A model generated the notes under the pieces. That model saw nothing but the letters and a program-made list of their open reading frames with translations. It made no database searches and was not told the origin of the DNA. A DNA stretch of 64,000 bases, from sequence record KX130863. The stretch is one strand, 5' to 3'. Shown here one piece after another: positions 30,323 through 39,228 of the stretch. Numbering within the stretch: position 1 is the stretch's first letter; each line of letters opens with the position of its first letter. Both the position numbers and the translations under genes were made by a program. Source of the stretch: Shigella phage SHSML-45.

Positions 30323-30352
30323 CATTACCTGCTAGAAAGTAACAGGTAATAA
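30323..30352. promoter_or_regulatory. conserved palindromic motif upstream of ORF 30036-30287
   Basis: CATTACCTGCTAGAAAGTAACAGGTAATAA, same architecture as the copy at 26421-26454. Confidence 0.5.
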
Positions 30353-30485
30353 GAAAAAATCCGCTCGCCAATATAATCAATTTAAAGAACTCCACTCAGG
30401 CCGCTATATCCCAGTTAGGGGGCGGGACACATTATGGTAAGTGCCGACCGTCAAATTTTATCAAGTTATCGCTCTTATCGAACTG

Positions 30486-30509
30486 GGTACATCTTAAAGC
30501 CTATCGGCT
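30486..30509. repeat. 24-bp inverted repeat, left copy
   Basis: GGTACATCTTAAAGCCTATCGGC matches the reverse complement of 30752-30775 with one mismatch. Confidence 0.65.
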
Positions 30510-30515
30510 AGGGTG

Positions 30516-30719
30516 TCAAACAGTTTTTTGCAGTTTTTTATGATTTTCTTTCAGGTCAATCATAATATTGCGCCAGATCATTTCTAAACCTTGCTGGCGG
30601 CCTTTCTTGTACTGCGCAAATCGGTATTTTACGGATTGCTGGGCTATTGTCAACAATTTTTTTGTTTCGCTATCTAGTGCCTTGCTAGGCTTGCCAGTTA
30701 TTAAAAGCGTTTGTTTCAT
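30516..30719 (-). CDS. small basic protein (67 aa), possibly DNA-binding
   Basis: Lys/Arg/Gln-rich; bracketed exactly by a 24-bp inverted repeat pair. Confidence 0.4.
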   Translation of the reverse strand: MKQTLLITGKPSKALDSETKKLLTIAQQSVKYRFAQYKKGRQQGLEMIWRNIMIDLKENHKKLQKTV

Positions 30720-30751
30720 ATCGTCGATTCCTTATAATATATAAGTTTACC

Positions 30752-30775
30752 GCCGATAGGCTTTAAGATATACCC
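30752..30775. repeat. 24-bp inverted repeat, right copy
   Basis: GCCGATAGGCTTTAAGATATACC; partner of 30486-30509; lies in the upstream region of ORF 30516-30719. Confidence 0.65.
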
Positions 30776-30896
30776 AATTTTTAAAGAGCGTGGCGGTAAA
30801 CTTCCCGCCGTGTAGTTCGTCATTGCCGCCCTACGAGATAAATAATAGCAAATACCAAAAATGGCGCAACCTTATTTTTGTAAAGAAACGTAAGTT

Positions 30897-31238
30897 TTAC
30901 GCCTTTCTATAGTCCCCCTTATTTTGGTTGTTTTCGGCTTGAGTTACTAACCGTAAGTTATCAATAAAATTATTACTAGGGTTACGATCAATATGATCAA
31001 TTACTAGTTTGCTATCTATTTTATAGTTAAATAATAACCACACAATACGATGCGCTAGGTAACGCTCTTTATTGAGCTGTACAGACCAATAGCCATCCTT
31101 TCTTTTAGTGCCTGCTACCCCATGAAAGGCGCAACCGGGGCGGGATACTTTCCACCGTAGGCAACTGGGACTAGTTTCATCATAGTAAAGATTATCTAGC
31201 ACGGTTTCTAAATCAATATCTTTTGTTAACTCAATCAT
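30897..31238 (-). CDS. HNH homing endonuclease (113 aa)
   Basis: Motif AHRIVWLLFNYKIDSKLVIDHIDRNPSNNFIDNLRLVTQAEN. Confidence 0.7.
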   Translation of the reverse strand: MIELTKDIDLETVLDNLYYDETSPSCLRWKVSRPGCAFHGVAGTKRKDGYWSVQLNKERYLAHRIVWLLFNYKIDSKLVIDHIDRNPSNNFIDNLRLVTQAENNQNKGDYRKA

Positions 31239-31573
31239 TAATATTCTCCTATTAGTTTCATTTGGTTATTATATTATACCAAAATTATTAGCAATGTGGC
31301 TAATACAGTTTCACCGGACGCCGTCCAGCTATTGCCTAAGTTTAAAGGAAACGGGCGCGCGAATACCACAAAACAAAGCAGATAGGCAAGTAATTTTTTC
31401 ATATATATTTGCTTTGCCCTACTTGACAAAATCTAAAAAGCTCGTGGTAGCGATAAACGGCTTATCACCTTATGATGGGATGGCTAAAAACTTCATCGCG
31501 TTCTAGGGCGTTTTAGGCGCATTCTAGCCTTGTTGATAACTTATCCCCAGAAGCAAAAATGAAATTTTCCTAG

Positions 31574-31616
31574 TTATCCACTTGACTTTTATTTTCCAGT
31601 GGATAACTACTTATTT
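31574..31616. promoter_or_regulatory. inverted pair of DnaA-box-like sites
   Basis: TTATCCACT at 31574-31582 and its complement AGTGGATAA at 31608-31616; one mismatch to the TTATCCACA consensus. Confidence 0.5.
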
Positions 31617-31835
31617 TATGAAATAAATTAATTGACTTTTGTTTGTTAGTATGTATTGAGAGAATAGTAGGCTTATAATTGCTAGGATGATAATAATGCT
31701 GGTGGATTGTAACAGCCTGAACTATTAGCAGACTACTAATCCCGTAAAATCTCATTAGCCAACTAACTATTACATAATATATAATATATACATAAATTAA
31801 TAAGAAATAATAACGATAAGAAACTATCGGCCTAA

Positions 31836-31965
31836 GTGAGAAACACTATCATTTAAGTTATCCACAAGTTTATTAACAGCACTTTTTGACTTGACACGAT
31901 AGGCGGCGATATAAGGACTTTTACACAGACTTATCCACAGGTTATCCTACTGTATAAATATACAG
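31836..31965. repeat. left arm of ~130-bp imperfect inverted repeat, containing two DnaA boxes
   Basis: TTATCCACA at 31858-31866 and 31931-31939; reverse complement of 35225-35354 matches with few mismatches over the outer ~60 bp and inner ~42 bp. Confidence 0.7.
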
Positions 31966-32231
31966 GGTAAAAAGGTAGTGTTAACAACTGCAATCAATTT
32001 TAAGCGGCCTAAATCGCATTCTAACGAGCAAAACGCTGTAGGGTAATATTAAAGTAAAGCCTTCACCAGTCGCCCTGGTGGCTCCGCCGTGTTTTGCTCT
32101 TTACTATACCGCTGCGCAGTTAGCATAAAACTAGGCGTTAGGCAAGGAAAATAAAAAGGTAAAATAAACGTTGCCCCTAGAAAGAAAATACCTTTATCAT
32201 TCTCCTACCGATTAACGAGGGAGGCCAACAA

Positions 32232-33218
32232 ATGAGGCTATATAAACCAGATAACGCAACCGTCTTAAAAGGTGCATTGCGCAACCTGCTGGACGGTAGC
32301 AGAACAACCAGCATTAAACACTTTGTTAACAAGGCCGAAGATATTCACCAAAATTTTTTTGATGATTTCGATGCCTATGATATGAGTAGTTTTTTGCAAC
32401 TGTATAAGCAGGGGGCAACGATTATCTTGTATAATCGGGATAATCACCTGCTTACTAGCAGGGGGCCGGATACCGATTTCATAATTGTAAAAGGTAGCAC
32501 AGTAAAAGCCTATGATACTGGGGCGGGCTTAGAAGTTTTTTCAATAGAAAACTATGAAGCCAACCCCAATGATCTTTATGACGTTGAAAACTTTCTTGAT
32601 TCATTTTGGCGTTATTTATCCGTTGGCTGGAATCGGTCAATTGGTGACGGGTATCGTCTGGCGGCTGTAATGGCTTTTGATGATAACGGTAATTTTTTGC
32701 TACCGCCGGAATTATATGATCGTGTATATGAAGGCGATATTGTTGACGCCGGATTCTCTTTCGAAAGAGAAGAAAGTATTGGCAATATAGAAAAACATGC
32801 TGTAAATTCTAACACTCAAAGCGTTAATACTCAAATCACTGAAAATAAAGGAAAAAACACCATGACCAAGATCGCTAATATTGTTGCCGCTAATAAATCC
32901 GCTGTTGTAAACGCTGCAAAACTGGAAGCGGGTAAAATTGCACTGACTCAAATTACGAAAGTAGCGGCGAAAAAAGCACCGTTTATGATTAAAGGTTATA
33001 TTGATACACCTATCGGTCGAGTAGTGATTGCCAACCTGCTGAGCGTAGCGGTTGACCAGTACGCCCCAAGTAACCAAAAGGCGAAAGCGGTAGCAGGGGC
33101 AGCTATGGAAGCGGCAATGCTGGAAATGGTGCAAAGTTTTAACATCGCTGAAATGATTGATGAAATGGTGAAAGGTATTGATATTTCTACTTTTACCACT
33201 AGCACCGAAAGCGAGTAA
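32232..33218 (+). CDS. hypothetical protein (328 aa)
   Basis: Long plus-strand ORF inside the inverted-repeat-bracketed segment; Ala/Lys-rich helical C-terminal third; no recognised motif. Confidence 0.55.
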   Translation: MRLYKPDNATVLKGALRNLLDGSRTTSIKHFVNKAEDIHQNFFDDFDAYDMSSFLQLYKQGATIILYNRDNHLLTSRGPDTDFIIVKGSTVKAYDTGAGLEVFSIENYEANPNDLYDVENFLDSFWRYLSVGWNRSIGDGYRLAAVMAFDDNGNFLLPPELYDRVYEGDIVDAGFSFEREESIGNIEKHAVNSNTQSVNTQITENKGKNTMTKIANIVAANKSAVVNAAKLEAGKIALTQITKVAAKKAPFMIKGYIDTPIGRVVIANLLSVAVDQYAPSNQKAKAVAGAAMEAAMLEMVQSFNIAEMIDEMVKGIDISTFTTSTESE

Positions 33219-33283
33219 TAATATTAAGCGGGGATTGTTACCCCGCTTTACTATTCCCTTGTTAACTAATAGGAGGCTAATAA

Positions 33284-33778
33284 ATGGCTGCGGAAAAATA
33301 TGGCTTCTCACTGGGAGAAGTGAGCACGGCAAAACATGATATGATCATTTTGGTCGATTGTCATACTGGCTATTGCGGAGAAGGCTGGACGGAGGAACAT
33401 TTTGTTCCCGCTGGCTGTGATCTGGACGCTTTCGCAAACGAACACGCATATGATAATGCTTCTCGTTTCGGTAGTGATGGGGAAGAAGATGAAGAAACAG
33501 GGGAATGGATTGAAAATGATAATGTATACGCGAGTCTTTATCATTATCAATTGAGTAAGTCCGGTACTTATGTAAATGGTGGCGATCCTATTAATACCGT
33601 TATGAAACTAATTATTAAACACGGTGGCGCGGAAATAATTGGTAACAAGGCGTTATTATATGCAAATCGATTAAAACAGCTTGTTTATATTCCTGATAAT
33701 TCCCGTTGGGATGAATATGCCGTTTTACAGAAAGAACTAAAACGCTGTTTCGGCGTGGAAACATTAGAAATAGTCTAA
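33284..33778 (+). CDS. hypothetical protein (164 aa)
   Basis: ORF with AGGAGG RBS 8 nt upstream; acidic central stretch (DGEEDEETGEW). Confidence 0.55.
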   Translation: MAAEKYGFSLGEVSTAKHDMIILVDCHTGYCGEGWTEEHFVPAGCDLDAFANEHAYDNASRFGSDGEEDEETGEWIENDNVYASLYHYQLSKSGTYVNGGDPINTVMKLIIKHGGAEIIGNKALLYANRLKQLVYIPDNSRWDEYAVLQKELKRCFGVETLEIV

Positions 33779-34037
33779 TGTAAAGTTTTGTAAAGGTCGC
33801 CTATTATGGCGGCCTTTTTTGTTATAATGCCTTTACACCGAAACGGTGGACTGAAAATTTTCCCTGATTTCTAGGAGGCGTTAAAATGGTTATTTTTCGA
33901 TCTATTCTGGCTAGTATCTTGGGCGCTATTTTATCACTGTTTGCAATAGCTTTCGGAGTTCACGTGGTTATTATTGGAGCAGGTATCGCGGGGTTTTCTT
34001 ACTTGTTAGGCTGTATGACTGGTAAAGGGGAATAAAA

Positions 34038-34250
34038 ATGTTAAAGAATGTTTCCCTTGCCCGTTCCAAAGGTTTTAAGCTGGTGGATGTTAACACGTTC
34101 GAGCGTCCAGATTGTAAAATCGAATATGTAGCACGCAACAAAAACGCTTTCCGTGTTACAGAAAAGAAATTTGACAAGCGCGGCAATTTGGTAGCCGAAA
34201 CGGTTAAACACTTTGCCACCTTTTACGCTGCATTTCGTGGGGTATTATGA
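34038..34250 (+). CDS. hypothetical protein (70 aa)
   Basis: ORF start-coupled to an upstream small hydrophobic ORF (33887-34035). Confidence 0.4.
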   Translation: MLKNVSLARSKGFKLVDVNTFERPDCKIEYVARNKNAFRVTEKKFDKRGNLVAETVKHFATFYAAFRGVL

Positions 34251-34365
34251 TAGCGCAAATTAAAACAGCGTTTCGTTTCTGGGGAGTGATCCTCAGCGTA
34301 TGTTTTGGCATAGTTATTATTAGCCAGCTAATGATCATTGTTGCAATCGCAGGGGAAATGCTATC

Positions 34366-34710
34366 ATGGTAATTTATGAGGGCAATCGTTTTGTTACTAA
34401 TTGCCGTCCGGCATTATTAGCAAACTATTTAAACCAGCTTTCACCAGTTTATAAAGGCGTGGTTAATATCTATGAAGGCAAAGCACATTATAAAATTTCT
34501 GCCGTTGTCACCCGTGAACTAGCGTTTCAATTTTTAACTTTTGGGTCTTGTGACGTTCAGGTTATGGGGGAAGCGTTAATAGCAGAAAATGAAAATGAAT
34601 TTACTGACATTTTCCGCAAAGTATGTACGGAGCGCCTGATTATGAAAGGCGCATATATTCAATCCACTGCTGAAAGTATTGAAACAGCATTTCGAAAAAT
34701 TGCACAATGA
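34366..34710 (+). CDS. hypothetical protein (114 aa)
   Basis: ORF overlapping the stop of an upstream small hydrophobic ORF. Confidence 0.45.
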   Translation: MVIYEGNRFVTNCRPALLANYLNQLSPVYKGVVNIYEGKAHYKISAVVTRELAFQFLTFGSCDVQVMGEALIAENENEFTDIFRKVCTERLIMKGAYIQSTAESIETAFRKIAQ

Positions 34711-34837
34711 ATAGCTGGTGGCGAAAAACACAAAGCCATAAATCTAATAATACCGCTGGGAAGCATTCCCAGCGTTTACGATTTGGTAATGGCTTCACAA
34801 TGATATTGATAATCATTCTCATTCTAGGAGCAATGGC

Positions 34838-35077
34838 ATGGCTGTAAGAATTTTACGATATGTAGAACGTAAAGAAACCGATATTATGCAACATCATTTA
34901 ACTGATGGGCAATACGCGCAATTTTTAGAAATGCAGAAAAGCGGAGCTGATACAGCAACGCTAGGAGCGTGGATCAACTCAGTTTCAACGTGTACGCATT
35001 TTGATTCATACGGGTATACGCCAGCCGAAACCGTCCAGATCTTTGACGACTACGAGAAAGAATACATAACAGACTAA
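34838..35077 (+). CDS. hypothetical protein (79 aa)
   Basis: ORF with GGAG RBS; last gene before the right inverted-repeat arm. Confidence 0.45.
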   Translation: MAVRILRYVERKETDIMQHHLTDGQYAQFLEMQKSGADTATLGAWINSVSTCTHFDSYGYTPAETVQIFDDYEKEYITD

Positions 35078-35224
35078 TAATAACGGGGCGCAACTATCGG
35101 CCCCGCTTTTTCTGGCCTTCCTCAAATTTCCCCTTATTAAAGTACCTCCTCCAAAATTAAAACGCTTAGAATGCGTTTGAGAGCGTTTTAGACCTATATT
35201 AGAGTTATTCACTACGTAGGAATA

Positions 35225-35354
35225 CTGTATAAATATACAGTAGGATAACCTGTGGATAAGTCTGTTGAAAACGCCTCAAAATCGCTAGGGTTTTGTCAAG
35301 TCAAATCGTGCTGTTAATAAACCTGTGGATAACTTAAATAACAGTGTTTCTCAC
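35225..35354. repeat. right arm of ~130-bp imperfect inverted repeat, containing two DnaA boxes
   Basis: TGTGGATAA at 35251-35259 and 35325-35333; inverted partner of 31836-31965. Confidence 0.7.
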
Positions 35355-35510
35355 TTCCCTTTCTAAATGCGAATCATTCTCAGTATGTGACTCATTCGTA
35401 TTCAACTCTGTAAATGATAACCGTTCTCATTCCCCTTTCTAAACGCGAATCATTATCATTCGCATTCAACTTCTCAAATGCGAATCAATCTCATTATCAT
35501 TCGCATTCAG
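35345..35510. repeat. imperfect tandem direct repeats
   Basis: Recurring units CCCTTTCTAAA(T/C)GCGAATCATT and TCATTCGCATTCA read directly in the sequence. Confidence 0.6.
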
Positions 35511-35515
35511 GCGAG

Positions 35516-35531
35516 CAGGGCAATTGCCCTG
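35516..35531. repeat. perfect 16-bp palindrome CAGGGCAATTGCCCTG
   Basis: Self-complementary sequence immediately before the first GTGCAAATCCGA copy. Confidence 0.7.
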
Positions 35532-35566
35532 CGCTTTTGTGCAAATCCGACATTTGCCCCCATGGA

Positions 35567-36106
35567 TTACGCGTGGGCGTGTATGTGCAAATCCGACCCA
35601 TTTTTGGTAGTGTGCAAATCCGACCCTAAAATTTCATCCCTCCATTTTACTAGAAATTCTAGATCATATGAACACTTAGACTGAGTACCATTACTAGTAG
35701 GAACATAAGCCCGGTAATAATCACCCTTTGAGGTAGTTCTAGCAACACGAATATATTTTGGAAGATTGGTTGTTTTACTGTTGGTATTTTTGCGATTTCT
35801 AGCATTTTTATAGTCTGGTATTTGTCTTAGATTCTCAGGAGAATTATTAGTGGGATCCTGATCTATATGATCTACCTGCAACTCGGGATCAATACTGCCG
35901 TTATGCAGGCAGAAAACAATCCGAGAAACTGCTAGGGTTCCCACCCCAGATACAAAGACCACATAAGACTTCCTACCTTTTCCGTCGTCCCTTAAAGTGC
36001 CTGTATGTTTTCTTTTAGGTAATCTACTCAGCCCACTGGGACTTGATGGGTCAATAAAAAATAAGTCTTTCATTTGTGCATATTCGATAGGTATATATCT
36101 TGACAT
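35567..36106 (-). CDS. HNH homing endonuclease (about 179 aa from internal start)
   Basis: Motif LAVSRIVFCLHNGSIDPELQVDHIDQDPTNNSPENLR; GGAGG RBS before ATG at 36106; the track ORF extends to 36160. Confidence 0.65.
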   Translation of the reverse strand: MSRYIPIEYAQMKDLFFIDPSSPSGLSRLPKRKHTGTLRDDGKGRKSYVVFVSGVGTLAVSRIVFCLHNGSIDPELQVDHIDQDPTNNSPENLRQIPDYKNARNRKNTNSKTTNLPKYIRVARTTSKGDYYRAYVPTSNGTQSKCSYDLEFLVKWRDEILGSDLHTTKNGSDLHIHAHA

Positions 36107-36180
36107 AATAAAATTCCTCCTATGAAGTAATATTATAACAAAATTTTCGAAAGTGTGCAAGTGAAATTTTTATATTTGAA

Positions 36181-36207
36181 AATAACCGCCCTCCCTATAA
36201 CCGCCCT
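36181..36207 (+). repeat. direct repeat AATAAC(C/T)GCCCTCCCTATAACCGCCCT, copy 1
   Basis: Near-identical 27-bp sequence recurs at 36706-36732; each copy is followed by a GTGCAAATCCGA motif. Confidence 0.65.
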
Positions 36208-36705
36208 ATTCGAATCCTGTGGGATATGTGCAAATCCGACACGGTTTTTCTAGGATTAAGATGTGCGAATCCAATGAAATTTTTGTGACTTCGATGAGAG
36301 GGTGTGTGATTGTGTGAGTTTGGGGAGAAGTTGAGAGAGCGAGAGAAATTTAGAGGCTAGAAGGATGTGGGCGCAGGATTGGTGCGGAGCACCTGATTTG
36401 CGGGGATTTTGGGGAAGAGTTGAGATAATTTGGGAAGATTTGAGATAGGTGCAGAAAAAGTAAAATTTTATTAGCAAAATGGGGCAAAATAGCTTGACAA
36501 GTGGAAATTCTTGTGGATCTAAAAACTCAGGCAATCATGGGCCTTCGGCCCGAAATAATGCTGCTATTTTCGGGAGATTATATGTTCCTAAAAACTTAGG
36601 CATTTGTGCAAATCCGACCAGTTTTTAAACTCCTGTCAGTGTGCAAATCCGATAGCAATTTCCAGAAATGTGTTTTGGAAAAATGTCTTCTAGAAATAAC
36701 TGCCC

Positions 36706-36732
36706 TCCCTATAACCGCCCTGTATAGAAAAC
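36706..36732 (+). repeat. direct repeat AATAAC(C/T)GCCCTCCCTATAACCGCCCT, copy 2
   Basis: Matches 36181-36207 with one mismatch. Confidence 0.65.
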
Positions 36733-37234
36733 CGGCCTAAGATATGTGACGTTGGTGAGAAACTGCCCTAGAATGCGTGCAAATCCGATGAATATTTTTG
36801 TGTGATCTCTAGAATTTGTGCTTATCAATTTCCTAGAAACTTAGGAGTCTAGAAGAAAGTGTTGTGCCATCCTAGCAGATGAGCGGCAACCGGTGTATCA
36901 TCTTGAACGTTAATTTATCTATTCAACAGTATTAGTTTTTATATAAGTATAAGATCCCCAGGGTTCTCATATAGAGCTTTGCCCCCACCAGAAGGTCTCG
37001 TGATGTTTCTAGTAATCTTTATTAAATTACCTGTTGACTTGTCCTGTCGCTCCGTAACCTACGCTACAAGTCAGTAATTTAAGATTCCTGAACCACCACA
37101 CCTTCTGTGTGGCAACTCTAAATGGTTAATTCTATTAACTCATAGAGTTATGATAACATACATTTAGCTATCTGTCAACGAGAGTTTGTATTTGAGTCTC
37201 GGTACAGGTATTGTGCACCGAGACATGCAGAGTA

Positions 37235-38119
37235 CTATAATAATTCTTGGTATGCTTTCTGATACGCCTCAGTATCTGTAGGTGTATCTTTTGCTAACGC
37301 AATTAGTTCATCCGTTATCTGAATATTCGTATTATAACGTTGGTGGAACTCGTCTGGAATTTCTAGATATCTATTTATGAATGCTGCAGCAAGCGGTGTA
37401 ACTAACCCAATTTCTAGAGATAACTTAACTTGTTTCTCATAAATTAAATATTGAGAATCAGACGGTATTGGTGGGGTTACATCAATTTTTTCTGGTTCTT
37501 TTTCTGGTAGCAATGGATTGTTATACAATGCTTCATCTGGAAGCACAGATTTACGCTCTTTAAATATATAAGTTTCTAGATCAGATGCTTTAGACCCTGA
37601 ATACACAGCAAAAACGCTAGCTTTACCTTGAGATGCCCTAACTGGTAAGTAACTAGTAGGGTAGCTCCTTAATGCATCGTGGAATGGACTTCCTGAGTAT
37701 TTGTATGTATCCCCATAGAGATCATCAATATTCATTCGTTCATCTTCAAAGATATGGAAAGAGCTAAATGATGGGATAGTAAAGTATTCCATCTGTAATC
37801 CATAAACTAAGAAACGATGTGCGTATGCACTGATTTTTAAGACTGTAAATGCTTTCTCACCTTCTTTATAGGAATTGCCTTTTGAAGTAACTTGGTAACG
37901 TTTACAAAACATCTCTACTAGACGTTTCTCATTAATACCAAGAGTGGAGTACAGTCGTCCATTTAATCCTATAAGTGCATCGAACATAAATGCTAGTTTA
38001 TCTTTTTCTTCTTGGGATAGTTCTGGAAATGGCAATACTTTGGCATTAGGAACACTATTGTTCTCTTTAGGTTTTGTTTTACCAGCATTTTGTCTTAGTT
38101 TATCTTTAAAGTTATACAT
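37235..38119 (-). CDS. hypothetical protein (294 aa)
   Basis: First long minus-strand ORF after the repeat region; no recognised motif. Confidence 0.55.
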   Translation of the reverse strand: MYNFKDKLRQNAGKTKPKENNSVPNAKVLPFPELSQEEKDKLAFMFDALIGLNGRLYSTLGINEKRLVEMFCKRYQVTSKGNSYKEGEKAFTVLKISAYAHRFLVYGLQMEYFTIPSFSSFHIFEDERMNIDDLYGDTYKYSGSPFHDALRSYPTSYLPVRASQGKASVFAVYSGSKASDLETYIFKERKSVLPDEALYNNPLLPEKEPEKIDVTPPIPSDSQYLIYEKQVKLSLEIGLVTPLAAAFINRYLEIPDEFHQRYNTNIQITDELIALAKDTPTDTEAYQKAYQELL

Positions 38120-38198
38120 TATTATCTCCCGTTTTTAAGGTCTGGATGACCTTCTTTTTATTTTAGAGCCTCCGTAGAGGCTCATATATTAGGAATTA

Positions 38199-38810
38199 TT
38201 AATCCTTTTTACTCTCATTAATAACAGCCCCCAATGCTTCCATAATTGCATCTTCTAGACTTCCATGTTTATCAGGATTACTAAAATGAATAGTATAAAC
38301 AGAATTCCTAGAAACTCCAGCATCCGCAGGTGCTACGCTTCGCATATCAGATTCAAAAGCTTCTTGGGTATGTTGCAGCTGTACAGAAGGGCCGTAATCT
38401 TCACCAAACTTATATGACTGTGTGTTACTTACCACACCCCCACAAGGAACATTGTGCATATCCGACATTAATCTTTTATCAGAATTATTTAACATTGCAA
38501 TTGGCCCAGACTGCCATGGATCTCTAATAGTCACTGGAGTACTAGGGCGGTTCACCTCAGTCTTCACAAGTTTGTACCCTGCATCGATTAGTGCATTAAT
38601 CAGGTTATCCGCCGGGATGCGAGCCGTACCAAAAATCTTACGAGCATCTTCGAGCTTACCTTCAAGATCTTTACATGCTCTAAGGTCAGTGTGTGCAAAT
38701 GTTAGCTTCATAGATTTGAATTGTACAGTAGCAGTTAAATCTTTAAAGCTATAATCCCATGTGTTCAGTTCATGGTCTGGTACTACTTGAATAGGTTGTT
38801 GTGTAAACAT
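38199..38810 (-). CDS. hypothetical protein (203 aa)
   Basis: ORF start-stop coupled to the downstream small membrane protein genes. Confidence 0.5.
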   Translation of the reverse strand: MFTQQPIQVVPDHELNTWDYSFKDLTATVQFKSMKLTFAHTDLRACKDLEGKLEDARKIFGTARIPADNLINALIDAGYKLVKTEVNRPSTPVTIRDPWQSGPIAMLNNSDKRLMSDMHNVPCGGVVSNTQSYKFGEDYGPSVQLQHTQEAFESDMRSVAPADAGVSRNSVYTIHFSNPDKHGSLEDAIMEALGAVINESKKD

Positions 38811-38994
38811 TATTTATTCTCCAGTTTGTCTAACAGTTTATGGGCTGCTAGGTTATATTGCTCAAGTTCACGATTAAGGATTTGGTTTTCACACTTTAGC
38901 TCTAGATTCTTATTATTAAGAATATTGCAGATCAGTAGAAGTGCTAATATAACTAGCAAGGAACCTACAAGTATTAAAAGAAAAAGAGTTTCCA

Positions 38995-39228
38995 TTATTT
39001 AATTCCCATGTAACGTTTGAGATATATGACGAAGTCTTCTGCTGTATGCTCCACACTACCTTGAGCTACAAACAACTTTAAAGCCTCACGCTGTAATTTA
39101 AGAGCAGCTAACTCACCACGTAATTTTGTTATATCTTCCGCTAGTTCTCTAGCTCTGCGCATAATAGCAAATGATACAAATGTTACAATAAATAACATAA
39201 CTGCTAAAATAATTACTATGATCTCCAT
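38995..39228 (-). CDS. small membrane protein (77 aa)
   Basis: N-terminal TM helix (IIVIILAVMLFIVTFVSFAIM) then charged helical tail. Confidence 0.45.
   Translation of the reverse strand: MEIIVIILAVMLFIVTFVSFAIMRRARELAEDITKLRGELAALKLQREALKLFVAQGSVEHTAEDFVIYLKRYMGIK

Larger units (their letters stand above)
35539..36790 (+). repeat. array of eight same-orientation GTGCAAATCCGA motifs (one degenerate)
   Basis: Copies at 35539, 35585, 35612, 36228, 36263 (GTGCGAATCCA variant), 36606, 36641 and 36779, each followed by a T-rich stretch; three lie at the 3-prime end of the HNH gene and five upstream of it. Confidence 0.75.

Noticed and set aside
32712-33332. 206-aa minus-strand ORF
   Set aside because: Antisense overlap with the better-supported plus-strand ORF 32232-33218, which has an RBS; Cys/Phe-rich translation looks non-protein-like.
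36256-36534. 92-aa minus-strand ORF
   Set aside because: Falls in the GA-rich repeat tract; translation is low-complexity and there is no RBS.
35539-36790. Possible CRISPR array
   Set aside because: Repeats are only 12 nt, irregularly spaced from 27 nt to over 600 nt, interrupted by a protein-coding gene, and there are no cas genes; more consistent with binding sites or promoter elements.
36880-37230. Sigma70-like promoter near TTGACTTGTCC
   Set aside because: The candidate -35 and -10 hexamers are about 20 nt apart and face no downstream plus-strand gene; not supportable.
38166-38183. Hairpin GAGCCTCCGTAGAGGCTC as terminator
   Set aside because: No U-run follows the hairpin on either strand in the correct position, so a terminator function is not supported.
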